Of a stretch of DNA of 64,000 nucleotides, positions 26,543 to 35,571 are shown piece after piece. The first letter of the stretch is position 1. Each line of letters opens with the position of its first letter. The translations under genes were made by a program, and so were the position numbers. The notes beneath the pieces were generated by a model. That model was not told the origin of the DNA, made no database searches, and saw only the letters and a list, made by a program, of their open reading frames with translations. This DNA is from Patescibacteria group bacterium (GTDB lineage: Bacteria > Patescibacteriota > Minisyncoccia > Minisyncoccales > CAZWNE01): NCBI GenBank assembly GCA_038078735.1, contig JBBTTI010000001.1:20830-84829 (forward strand). Direction: 5' to 3'.

Positions 26543-27061
26543 TTAGTTATTCGTTGATTTTGATATTAACATTGAAAAGCCCTTCATTTCTCTTTTCAAT
26601 TCTCTTTCAACTTTAATCGGAGTCATTTTCCCTAAGATTTCCAAAAATTGTTTTATTTTTCCGGTGGCGAAATTAGCCAAAGCTTTTTCCCGCCCCCTTA
26701 AAACCATTTCGATCCTTACCCTGTTCCCCTCTTTTAAAAATTTTTCCGCCAGTTTTGCCCGGGTTTCCATATCATGAGGCGAAATATTGAAGGTTAGTCT
26801 TATCCCTTTCATTTCTCCTCCTTTTTTCCCGCCACTGGCCGCTTTTTCTTTTTTTTGCAGCCAGTAAAGATATTTTCCATAGTCCATCAGTTTGCAAACA
26901 GGAGGATCAACTTTCTCTGTTATCTGGATTAAATCTAAATTGCGCTCCCGGGCCATTTGGAGCGCTTCGCCCAGCGGCACAATTCCAATCTGATTTTCCG
27001 CATCATCTATCAGGCGAACCGTATCAGTTTTTATTTGGTTGTTTAATAATGGCCTTTTAAT
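26543..27061 (-). CDS. infC: Translation initiation factor IF-3; probable non-ATG (ATT or TTG) start
   Basis: NNQIKTDTVRLIDDAENQIG...LDLIQI...CKLMDYGKY. The first 12 codons of the track ORF lie inside the tmRNA 3' end. Confidence 0.85.
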   Translation of the reverse strand: MKRPLLNNQIKTDTVRLIDDAENQIGIVPLGEALQMARERNLDLIQITEKVDPPVCKLMDYGKYLYWLQKKEKAASGGKKGGEMKGIRLTFNISPHDMETRAKLAEKFLKEGNRVRIEMVLRGREKALANFATGKIKQFLEILGKMTPIKVERELKREMKGFSMLISKSTNN

Positions 27062-27067
27062 CAAGTG

Positions 27068-27420
27068 TGGAGGTGGCGAGTGTGAGCTCGCATCCAAGAA
27101 TTATTCTAAAGATAGTTCTACAAATGTATCTCATTTGCTTTAAGCAAGAAGTTTAAAATGAGAAAAATCTTCCTACTTTGAGTTCTTTGATTGTTCAATA
27201 GTTTTTCTAAACCCGCTGAAAAGTTATCTATCTCGCTGATATAACACCCCCTATAGCACCTAGCGAGAATCCGAGAAGGGGATGCCGCCTTAAGCTAAAG
27301 CTAAAGCGGGTTGTTTGTTGAATAGATTAGCATTTATTCTAGCTTCTCAAAGTTTTATGAGATTTGAGAAAACTCAAATTGCCTATCTTTATCAAATTCC
27401 CGTCGAAGCAATTCACCCCC
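27068..27420 (-). ncRNA. ssrA: tmRNA (ssrA), ~353 nt, CCA not encoded
   Basis: 5' GGGGGTGAATTGCTTCGACGGGAATTTG. Tag frame GCT AAT CTA TTC AAC AAA CAA CCC GCT TTA GCT TTA GCT TAA (ANLFNKQPALALA*). 3' T-arm-like GCGAG..CTCGC, then CACCTCC-A pairing with the 5' end, including G3-U. Confidence 0.85.
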
Positions 27421-27868
27421 TTTTTAACTCTCTGGCTATCTCTCTGTCCAGTTCCCGTTTACTGATCTTTTCCCTTTTGTCATATTTCTTTTTTCCCTTA
27501 GCTACCCCGAATTCCAGCTTTATCTTTCCGTCGTTAGTATATACCTTCAGGGGTATTAAAGTCAAGCCTGACTGCTTGGATTTGCCGATTAAATAAAGGA
27601 TTTCTTTTTTTCTCAAAAGCAGTTTTCTTGAACGCTGGGGTTCGTAATCGCCGGGCATATTTTTCGGCTGATAAGGAGGAATATTGGCGCCAACCAGAAA
27701 AGCTTCGCTGTTTTTATCAATAACAACATACGAACCGGCCAAATTAACTCGGTTCATTCTGATTGATTTGACTTCTTGGCCAATCAAAGACATCCCGGCT
27801 TCAAATTTCTCCAGGATTTCATAGTTAAACCCCGCTTTTCTATTCTCGGCAAAGATTTTTATCATCAC
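27413..27868 (-). CDS. smpB: SsrA-binding protein
   Basis: NRKAGFNYEILEKFEAGMSLIGQEVKS...RSRKLLLRKKE. Confidence 0.95.
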   Translation of the reverse strand: MMIKIFAENRKAGFNYEILEKFEAGMSLIGQEVKSIRMNRVNLAGSYVVIDKNSEAFLVGANIPPYQPKNMPGDYEPQRSRKLLLRKKEILYLIGKSKQSGLTLIPLKVYTNDGKIKLEFGVAKGKKKYDKREKISKRELDREIARELKRG

Positions 27869-27894
27869 CTTTAGTTTAACACAGCTTTACGCTA

Positions 27895-27922
27895 TTGACA
27901 AATTTTCTAAAACGTGTATAAT
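27895..27922 (+). promoter_or_regulatory. Strong sigma70-like promoter (TTGACA-16 nt-TG-TATAAT)
   Basis: Consensus -35 and extended -10. Followed by a ~110-nt leader before the 28038 ORF. Confidence 0.6.
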
Positions 27923-28037
27923 TTTAATATTATCGGGGTAGGTCGATAAAGTTCTTTATACTCTATCGCATATCGCACTGAGGTCTGCGACCACGAAGAG
28001 TGGCGTAAATAAAACCCAGGCGAAAAAAGGAAAAAGA

Positions 28038-28511
28038 ATGCTTATTATAATCAATGGCAAAATTCAGGAAAAAAGTGATCTATTCAAAACGGAAACGGTA
28101 GAATGTGGCACTCAGAATAATCCCCGCTCTTACAAGACATATTTTTTAGGAGACATTCAAATTAAAAATGATCACGATGGCAATTTTTATTTGAATGTCG
28201 ACGACCTTGCTGGCGTTGTACCATACCAAATTCCACCGCAAATGATTACTGGATTTTCTATAATGAGCGGCCTTAGCGGAACGCGACGACTTCGGGGTAT
28301 TTACGTGCTTGGTAAATCTAAAGCAGTTGTAGATGGTGTAAGGGATGGGATTATTAAGGTTAATGGAGCATCTATAGAAGATGTCCGTAGCCTTTATAGT
28401 AAGATCCGTGCTGGTACAATTCTTCCCGCCGAAAGCTGGGAAGCAGAACAGATTAAGCCCACATTCAAGCAGAGACTAAGCTACGCCCTGCATCAAGTTT
28501 TCCTGAGATAA
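28038..28511 (+). CDS. Hypothetical protein (157 aa)
   Basis: ORF between a consensus promoter and a strong terminator; no recognisable motifs. Confidence 0.5.
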   Translation: MLIIINGKIQEKSDLFKTETVECGTQNNPRSYKTYFLGDIQIKNDHDGNFYLNVDDLAGVVPYQIPPQMITGFSIMSGLSGTRRLRGIYVLGKSKAVVDGVRDGIIKVNGASIEDVRSLYSKIRAGTILPAESWEAEQIKPTFKQRLSYALHQVFLR

Positions 28512-28517
28512 CAGAAA

Positions 28518-28550
28518 GAGCCTCGAGTGTCCTACCAACACTCGAGGCTC
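28518..28550 (+). terminator. Stem-loop terminator (12-bp stem GAGCCTCGAGTG/CACTCGAGGCTC)
   Basis: Perfect stem 7 nt after the stop; T-rich tail. Confidence 0.7.
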
Positions 28551-28593
28551 TAACTATTTTTTAATCACTTAGAAACGGAGTTTCTAAGTGTAT

Positions 28594-28614
28594 GTTGGAC
28601 ATTCAACGTCTAAC
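28594..28614. repeat. Degenerate REP-like palindrome GTTGGACATTCAACGTCTAAC
   Basis: Related to the GTTAGACG..CGTCTAAC family (8191, 8921, 38606). Confidence 0.5.
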
Positions 28615-28625
28615 AATAAACATAT

Positions 28626-28877
28626 TTATTTATAAACTTCTTTTCTGTGGCCAATTTTAAAGAAAATTGTTTCTCCTTCTCTAAAATAAAAAAATACTCG
28701 ATATCGCCGAGTAATCCTGAAAGAAAAAGAACCAGGCAGTTCTTTTATTCTTTTCGTATGTAATCTTGCGTCAAACCAGTTTACGATAAAAATTTTCTCT
28801 TGTTTTTTAAATAATTTTTTAATCTCTTTCGGCAAATCATCAAGGTCTTTTAAAAAATCTTTGGTATATATAATCAT
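28626..28877 (-). CDS. RelE/ParE-family type II toxin
   Basis: ...SFSFRITRRYRVFFYFREGETIFFKIGHRKEVY, the typical RelE C-terminal pattern. Confidence 0.75.
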   Translation of the reverse strand: MIIYTKDFLKDLDDLPKEIKKLFKKQEKIFIVNWFDARLHTKRIKELPGSFSFRITRRYRVFFYFREGETIFFKIGHRKEVYK

Positions 28878-29065
28878 TATTTTGGCGGATATTTTTGTAG
28901 GGCCATTAGGTGAGCTTTTTTAATTTGACCTCCGTTTTTATATTCTTTTATACTTTCTTCGGGAATAAAAACTAAAAACTTCTGAAGTTGATTTCGCATT
29001 AATTGTACTTCTTGAAGAATTTGGTCTAGTTTTAATTTTCCGTTTTGGGAAATAGTGTTAGCCAT
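28877..29065 (-). CDS. Putative cognate antitoxin
   Basis: 62-aa ORF overlapping the toxin start by 1 nt. Confidence 0.5.
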   Translation of the reverse strand: MANTISQNGKLKLDQILQEVQLMRNQLQKFLVFIPEESIKEYKNGGQIKKAHLMALQKYPPK

Positions 29066-29155
29066 ATAATTTTAGTATAACCCCTATAGTTTTAAAGTCA
29101 AATTTTGTCTCTTCTTATCCTTTAGTTTTTAAGCGAAATAAGTTAAAATATCAAT

Positions 29156-30718
29156 ATGGCGCTCCGCGAAGAAATCAAAAAATTAACGGAAAAAGCGGTA
29201 AAAGAACTTTATGGGGAGCTTGCCTCGCCACAAGGCAAGGTTAGAATTGATCAGCCGGAGAATGCGGAGTTTGGCGATTACTCCACTAATGCGGCGATGT
29301 TGCTTAAGAAAAATCCTCAAGAAATCGCTAATGTCATAAAGTCAGATTTTTTGGAAAAAATAGAGGTAAAAAACGGATTTATCAATTTTTTTATCGCTAA
29401 AGAGTATTTGCAAAAACAAGTTAGCGAGATTTTAAAACAAGGGCAATCCTTCGGCAAGCTCAGGACTGGCTGCGGCCAGAAAATTAACGTTGAATTTATT
29501 TCAGCCAATCCAACCGGACCATTAACTTTAGGCAATGGTCGAGGCGGTTTTTGCGGAGATGTTTTGACAAATATTTTAGAAAAATCCGGGTATAAAGTAA
29601 CACGCGAATATTATCTTAACGATCGGGGCGAACAAATTATAAAATTAGGCCATTCAGTTTTAGGCGACGAAGAAGCTGTATATAAGGGGAAATATATTGA
29701 AGAGTTAAAAAGAGATGTTAAGAAGGGAAATAATATTGGCGAGGCTGGTAGTCAAGCCGCAAAAATTATTTTGGAGAAAATGATCAAACCGGCAATTAAG
29801 AAAATGGGAATAAAATTTGACACATGGTTTTCCGAGAAGAGTTTATATCAAAAAAGTGAGATTAAAAAAACTTCGGATCTTTTAAAAAAGAAAAGTTTGG
29901 TTTATGAAAACGAGGGAGCTCTTTGGTTTAAATCGACTCAATTTGGCGATGACAAAGACCGGGTTTTAATTAAAGAGAACAAAGAGGAAACTTATTTTTT
30001 ATCAGACATCGCTTATTTAAAAAACAAATTTGATCGTGGTTTTAAAAAGTTAATATTTTTCTGGGGAGCAGATCACTATGGCTATGTGGCGCGATTGAAA
30101 GCTGCAGCCGAGGCGTTAGGTTACAGAAAAGATCAGATAGATATAATTATTATGCAATTAGTGCGCTTGATGCAGGGGGGCCAAGAAGTCAGAATGGCAA
30201 AACGCACTGGAATTTATGTAACCATAGATGAGCTGATTGATGAAGTTGGCTTGGATGTCGCCAGATATTTCTTTTTAACCAGAAGTTCGGATACTCATTT
30301 GAATTTTGATTTGGATTTAGCCAAAGAACAATCAGAAAAAAATCCAGTTTTTTATATCCAATACGCATACGCGAGAATACACAGTATTCTCGCGAAATTC
30401 AAAAATCAAAATTCAAAAATCAAGATTACAACTAAAAATTTAAAATTATTAAGCCACCCTTCGGAACTCAATTTAATTAAGCAATTGATCAGATTACCGG
30501 AAATAGTAGGAGATACCGCTGGAGATTATCAGGTTCAGCGTTTGCCCCAATACGCAATAGATTTAGCGGTAGCTTTTCACCAATTTTACAGGGATTGTAA
30601 AATCCTGAGCGAAGCCGAAGGATTGCAGAAAGCTCGCTTGGGTTTGGTTTTGTCAACCAAAATAACTTTAAAAAACACTCTGGATTTAATGGGCATTTCC
30701 GCTCCGGAAAGGATGTAA
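29156..30718 (+). CDS. argS: Arginyl-tRNA synthetase
   Basis: SANPTGPLTLGNGRG (HIGH-like), DHYGYVARL, YIQYAYARIHSIL, DALR-type C-terminus ending in M. Confidence 0.95.
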   Translation: MALREEIKKLTEKAVKELYGELASPQGKVRIDQPENAEFGDYSTNAAMLLKKNPQEIANVIKSDFLEKIEVKNGFINFFIAKEYLQKQVSEILKQGQSFGKLRTGCGQKINVEFISANPTGPLTLGNGRGGFCGDVLTNILEKSGYKVTREYYLNDRGEQIIKLGHSVLGDEEAVYKGKYIEELKRDVKKGNNIGEAGSQAAKIILEKMIKPAIKKMGIKFDTWFSEKSLYQKSEIKKTSDLLKKKSLVYENEGALWFKSTQFGDDKDRVLIKENKEETYFLSDIAYLKNKFDRGFKKLIFFWGADHYGYVARLKAAAEALGYRKDQIDIIIMQLVRLMQGGQEVRMAKRTGIYVTIDELIDEVGLDVARYFFLTRSSDTHLNFDLDLAKEQSEKNPVFYIQYAYARIHSILAKFKNQNSKIKITTKNLKLLSHPSELNLIKQLIRLPEIVGDTAGDYQVQRLPQYAIDLAVAFHQFYRDCKILSEAEGLQKARLGLVLSTKITLKNTLDLMGISAPERM

Positions 30719-30872
30719 TTGACAATATTGTATTAATAAAGCAAACTTAGATCGTCTAAACGGAGCATATCTCGGAAGTAAATTCTGGGAAGCGGCAGGA
30801 AGAGGCACTCTTCTCGTCTCAGGCGGAGCGTAATAATAATGCCATGGCATAAATATTACATATTTATATTTT

Positions 30873-31445
30873 ATGAAAAAGATTACTAAAATTAAAGCAA
30901 AATTTTATTCAAAAGAAATTTTAAAGTATTTACTTTTGGCCGGAGCGATTAGTATTGCCGCTTCTTCGCCTTACTTTATTCCTCAACTAATAAAGAATAT
31001 CAAACGAAATAGACGCCACAGTCTAAATGGGAAAAAATTTACGGACGCATTTAGTTATTTAAAAAAGAAAGGACTTATTGAAGTCGAAAAAGATGGTCAC
31101 GATATCAATATTACACTGACTGAAGATGGTAGAAAAAGGGCGGGGAAATATCAAATAGACGATTTAAGAATCAAGGAACCGGAGAGGTGGGATAAAAAAT
31201 GGAGAGTAGTAATTTTTGATGTTCCTCACGGAGATAGAGTAAAAAGAAACGCTTTTAGATACAAATTGAAGAGTTTTGGATTTTATTCTTTGCAAAAAAG
31301 TGTTTGGATCCACCCTTTTGATTGCGAGGAGGAAATAAAACTTCTTCGGGAATTTTTCGGCTTAAACGATAAACAGATTCAAACTCTTTTAGTAGAAAAG
31401 ATGGAAAAAGACTGGTTCCTTAAAAAGTTTTTTAAATTGTCGTGA
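30873..31445 (+). CDS. PaaX-like/Cas2-fold-containing putative regulator with an N-terminal TM segment
   Basis: WDKKWRVVIFDVPHGDRVKRNAFRYKLKSFGFYSLQKSVWIHP. Confidence 0.5.
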   Translation: MKKITKIKAKFYSKEILKYLLLAGAISIAASSPYFIPQLIKNIKRNRRHSLNGKKFTDAFSYLKKKGLIEVEKDGHDINITLTEDGRKRAGKYQIDDLRIKEPERWDKKWRVVIFDVPHGDRVKRNAFRYKLKSFGFYSLQKSVWIHPFDCEEEIKLLREFFGLNDKQIQTLLVEKMEKDWFLKKFFKLS

Positions 31446-31525
31446 TTAAATAGTAACATTTGTGCCATGGCATAATTATTACGTATTGTTTGATTAGCGG
31501 GTAAAAAAATGATATTTTAATATAT

Positions 31526-32072
31526 ATGCGATTTAAAAATAAATATTTTATTCTGCGGCACGGAGAGAATAACTATATGATAGAAAATAAGGATTTTATT
31601 TATCCTGCCGGAGTTGCGCCATCAGTAAAGTTAACCAAAAAAGGGATAGAACAGATCAAAAAAGCCGCTCAAGAATTAAAAAAAGAAGGAGTCGTTTTGA
31701 TTTATTCTTCTGATTTTTTCAGGACTCGCCAAACGGCTAAGATCGTGGCAAAAGAATTAGGAATTAAAAAAATTAATTTTGACAAACGATTGCGAGATAT
31801 AAATTTAGGTATATACCACGGCAGAACAAAAAAAGAATTTTATGAATTTATTGATTATAAAAACAGAAAATTTTCAACAAAACCGCTAAAGGGCGAAAGT
31901 TGGGATGATGTTAAAAAAAGAGTAGTGAGCTTTATTAAAGATATTGATAAAAAAAAGTAAAAACAAAAATATTTTGATTATCGGCCATGGCGATCCTTTA
32001 TGGCTGTTAGAAGGAGCGGTAAGGAGATTAAGTCCCTATATTAAAGTCGGGGAATTGAGAAAATTAAATTAA
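31526..32072 (+). pseudogene. Histidine-phosphatase (phosphoglycerate-mutase-like) gene interrupted by a frameshift in an A8 run
   Basis: RHGENNY catalytic motif in frame 1 (stop at 31958). NILIIGHGDPLWLL continues in the +1 frame to 32072. Removing one A of 31949-31956 fuses them. Confidence 0.7.
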
Positions 32073-32074
32073 TT

Positions 32075-34891
32075 ATGGACCTAAATTTTCCGCAATTAGA
32101 AAAAAAAATATTAAAATTCTGGAAAGCAAAAAAGATTTTTGAAAAGCTTCAGAAGAAAAACCAAGGTAAAAAACGCTGGTCTTTTTTAGATGGGCCGATT
32201 ACAGCTAATAATTCAATGGGCGTTCATCACGCTTGGGGGCGGACTTATAAAGATTTATTCCAAAGATATAAAGCGATGCAGGGTTTTGATCAGAAATTTC
32301 AAAACGGCTTTGACTGCCAAGGTCTTTGGGTGGAGGTTGAAGTAGAAAAAGAACTCGGATTTAAGACAAAAAAAGATATTGAGATTTATGGCATAGATAA
32401 GTTTGTTGAAAAATGCAAAGAGCGTGTTTTGAAATATTCAAAAATTCAAACCGAACAGTCAATCCGGCTTGGCCAGTGGATGGACTGGGACAATTCCTAT
32501 TACACAATGTCGGATGAGAACAATTACGCTATTTGGAATTTCCTGAAGAAATGTTGGAACGACGGGAATTTGTATAAAGGCAGGGATGCGGTGCCGTGGT
32601 GCCCGAGATGCGGCACAGCCATTTCCCAACATGAGATATTGACTGAAGACTACAAAGAAGTTACTCATGATTCTTTGTATCTGGAATACCCGATTATAAA
32701 TAAAAAGGATGAGTTTTTGCTTGTTTGGACAACTACGCCTTGGACTTTGCCAGGCAATGTGGCTGTTGCTGTAGATCCTAAAAAAGACTATGCTCTTGTT
32801 TCCGGTTCCGTTGCCGGCAATAAGTATTATATTTTAAAGGATTTAGCCGCCAGTTTGGATTTGAAAGTTTTAGAAATTTTAAAAGGAGAAAAATTAGTCG
32901 GCTTGGAATACCAATCTCCTTTTGACCAGCTGTCTAGGGTTAAAAAATCTTTAGAAAATTATATCCACAGAGTAATTTCTGCCGATCCGCAGATTTTGCC
33001 GATCAGCCAAACTGAAGGGACCGGTCTTGTCCATATTGCTCCCGGCGCAGGCAGCGAAGATTTTAGATTAGGCAAAAAATTGGCCATTCCGGTTATTGAG
33101 CTTATAAATGAAGAAGCTAATTATCTTGACGGGCTTGATGAGTTTTCCGGCAAAAACGCCAAAAATGATCCAGCCATAATCATTGATTATTTAAAAAATA
33201 AAGATGGCGGCAAGTATCTTTTTGAGATAAAAAAAATCAGCCACAGGTATCCTGTTTGTTGGCGATGCAAAGAAGAATTGGTTTGGCGGGTGGTTGATGA
33301 ATGGTATATTTCAATGGACAAATTGAGAGAACCTTTAATGGAAATAGCCAAAAAGATTAAATGGCTGCCGTCTTTCGGCTTAGACCGCGAGCTTGATTGG
33401 CTGAAAAATATGCAAGACTGGCTTATTTCAAAAAAACGCTATTGGGGGCTGGCCCTGCCTATTTTTGAATGCAAAAAGTGCGGTAATTTTGAAGTCATCG
33501 GCTCCAAAGAGGAATTAGAAGAAAGAGCAGTTGACGGCTGGCAAAAATTTGCCGGCCATTCTCCCCATAGGCCGTGGGTAGATGAAGTAAAAATAAAATG
33601 TTCAAAATGCGGAGAAATCGTTTCAAGAGTGCCTGATGTCGGCAATCCCTGGCTTGATGCCGGCATTGTTTCCTTTTCAACAATGGATGAGTCGTGGTTT
33701 CCGGCAGATTTTATTTGTGAGTCGTTCCCCGGCCAATTCAAAAATTGGTTTTACTCTTTAATTGTTATGAGTACGGTTCTTAAGGAGACTAATCCGACAA
33801 AAACTATTTTTGGCTATGCTTCGGTGCGCGATGAAAAAGACGAAGAAATGCATAAGTCAAAGGGCAATGCTATTTGGTTTGATGAGGCGGTTGAAAAAAT
33901 AGGAGCCGATGTCATGCGCTGGATGTATGCCAAACAAAACCCGGTTGATAATTTAAGATTTGGCTATAATGCCGCCGAGGAAACAAAAAGAAAACTTCTG
34001 ACCATTTATAATGTTATTGAATTTTTTATTACCTATATTCCGCACGAACAATATCCCAAAAAAGAAGAGACGCCTAAAAGTAAAAATATTCTTGATAAGT
34101 GGATTATCTCGCGATTGAATAATATTATTGCAAAAGTAACAAAAAGTTTGGACGATTTTGACGCCATGCGGGCAACATTAACTATCGAGGATTTTTTTAT
34201 AAACGATTTATCTCTTTGGTATGTGAGAAGGTCAAGAAAACGTTTCCAAAAATCCCAAGACAAAGAAGAAATCCAAACTCTTTGGAGCGTTCTTATTAAT
34301 ATAATAAAACTTATGGCTCCGATTATGCCGTTTTTTGCCGAAGAAAATTATGGAAAACTGCGGTCAAAAGAAATGCCGGAATCAGTCCATCTGATTGATT
34401 GGCCAAAAGCTCAAGAGAAATATATTGATCTGGAATTAGAAGAGAGTATGGCAAAAACGAGGGAGATAGTTGCTTTAGCCTTAGCTGAAAGAGCGGAACT
34501 TGGCATCAAAGTCAGACAACCGCTCGCTTCGCTGTGTATAAAAGAGAAGCTTGATGAGGGGATGTTGGAGTTGATAAAAGATGAAGTGAATGTTAAAAAA
34601 ATCATTCTCGGGGAGTGTTTAAAATTAGACACTGAAATCACTCCTGAACTTAAAGAAGAGGGATTAGTCAGAGAAATTATTCGGAACATACAGGATGCCA
34701 GAAAAAAGGCAAATTTAAAACCGCAAGACAAAGTTTTGATGAATTATTCCGCAGCGCCTGATTTGGATAAGGTTATAATTAAGAATAAGAAAATAATTTT
34801 AGAGGAGACAAAATTAAAGGACTTGGTTTTTGACAAAGCAATAGCGTTAAACAATCAACAATGTTCATTCATTATCGCGGCCGAGGGTTAA
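32075..34891 (+). CDS. ileS: Isoleucyl-tRNA synthetase
   Basis: PITANNSMGVHHAWGR (HIGH), KSKGN-type KMSKS (MHKSKGNAI), editing-domain TTTPWTLPGN. Confidence 0.95.
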   Translation: MDLNFPQLEKKILKFWKAKKIFEKLQKKNQGKKRWSFLDGPITANNSMGVHHAWGRTYKDLFQRYKAMQGFDQKFQNGFDCQGLWVEVEVEKELGFKTKKDIEIYGIDKFVEKCKERVLKYSKIQTEQSIRLGQWMDWDNSYYTMSDENNYAIWNFLKKCWNDGNLYKGRDAVPWCPRCGTAISQHEILTEDYKEVTHDSLYLEYPIINKKDEFLLVWTTTPWTLPGNVAVAVDPKKDYALVSGSVAGNKYYILKDLAASLDLKVLEILKGEKLVGLEYQSPFDQLSRVKKSLENYIHRVISADPQILPISQTEGTGLVHIAPGAGSEDFRLGKKLAIPVIELINEEANYLDGLDEFSGKNAKNDPAIIIDYLKNKDGGKYLFEIKKISHRYPVCWRCKEELVWRVVDEWYISMDKLREPLMEIAKKIKWLPSFGLDRELDWLKNMQDWLISKKRYWGLALPIFECKKCGNFEVIGSKEELEERAVDGWQKFAGHSPHRPWVDEVKIKCSKCGEIVSRVPDVGNPWLDAGIVSFSTMDESWFPADFICESFPGQFKNWFYSLIVMSTVLKETNPTKTIFGYASVRDEKDEEMHKSKGNAIWFDEAVEKIGADVMRWMYAKQNPVDNLRFGYNAAEETKRKLLTIYNVIEFFITYIPHEQYPKKEETPKSKNILDKWIISRLNNIIAKVTKSLDDFDAMRATLTIEDFFINDLSLWYVRRSRKRFQKSQDKEEIQTLWSVLINIIKLMAPIMPFFAEENYGKLRSKEMPESVHLIDWPKAQEKYIDLELEESMAKTREIVALALAERAELGIKVRQPLASLCIKEKLDEGMLELIKDEVNVKKIILGECLKLDTEITPELKEEGLVREIIRNIQDARKKANLKPQDKVLMNYSAAPDLDKVIIKNKKIILEETKLKDLVFDKAIALNNQQCSFIIAAEG

Positions 34892-35571
34892 TTTTCAAAA
34901 AAGAAGAGCGGGGCGAGGCAGATTTGTTATTTACTGTTTACACCAAGGATTTCGGCAAATTGGAAATATTGGGAAAATCCGTCAGAAAGATCGCTTCTAA
35001 GTTAAGACCGTCGGCGGAAGTTTTTTATTTATCGGAAATTGAGTTTATTCAAGGGAAAATTCAGAAAACTTTGACCGATGCCACTTTGGTTGATAAATTT
35101 TCCGGAATTAGGGGAGATTTAAAAAAAATAAGAATTGCTCACAAAATTTCTGAAGTTTTGGATAATTTGATAAAAGGACAGGAACCGGATGAAAAAATCT
35201 GGCGCCTTCTAATTGAAACATTTCAAAAACTAAATGATTTGAAATTACCAGCCCAAGGCTGGTCCGCCTCGGGCGGAGAAATTATTTACTGCTATTTTTA
35301 TTGGAATTTTATTTCCATTTTAGGATACCGGCCGGAATTATATCATTGCGTCCGTTGCCGGAAAAAAATAATAACCGAGAGGAATTATCTCGTCCCTGAA
35401 GAGGGCGGAATAATTTGCGGCAGTTGTAAATCTGAAGGCAGGAACATAAGCCCTGAAGCGATAAAAATTTTAAGGATTATTTTAAAAAGGGATTGGGCCA
35501 CTTTATTTAAATTGAAATTTGAGGCACAATACTTAAAGGAGTTAATATGCGTAAATTATTCATCGTCTTAA
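34861..35571 (+). CDS. recO: DNA repair protein RecO
   Basis: GLIFKKEERGEADLLFTVYTKDFGKLEILGKSVRK and zinc motif CVRC...CGSC. Confidence 0.8.
   Translation: MFIHYRGRGLIFKKEERGEADLLFTVYTKDFGKLEILGKSVRKIASKLRPSAEVFYLSEIEFIQGKIQKTLTDATLVDKFSGIRGDLKKIRIAHKISEVLDNLIKGQEPDEKIWRLLIETFQKLNDLKLPAQGWSASGGEIIYCYFYWNFISILGYRPELYHCVRCRKKIITERNYLVPEEGGIICGSCKSEGRNISPEAIKILRIILKRDWATLFKLKFEAQYLKELICVNYSSS

Noticed and set aside
27315-27596. 93-aa + strand ORF
   Set aside because: It lies antisense to the tmRNA 5' region and the smpB 3' half, both of which are strongly supported.
27934-28037. GGGGTAGGTCGAT just downstream of the promoter next to smpB, initially considered as a tmRNA 5' end
   Set aside because: There is no tag frame ending in hydrophobic residues plus a stop. 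No T-arm or acceptor 3' strand (CTACCCC) is present downstream. A convincing tmRNA is present on the other side of smpB (27068-27420, - strand).
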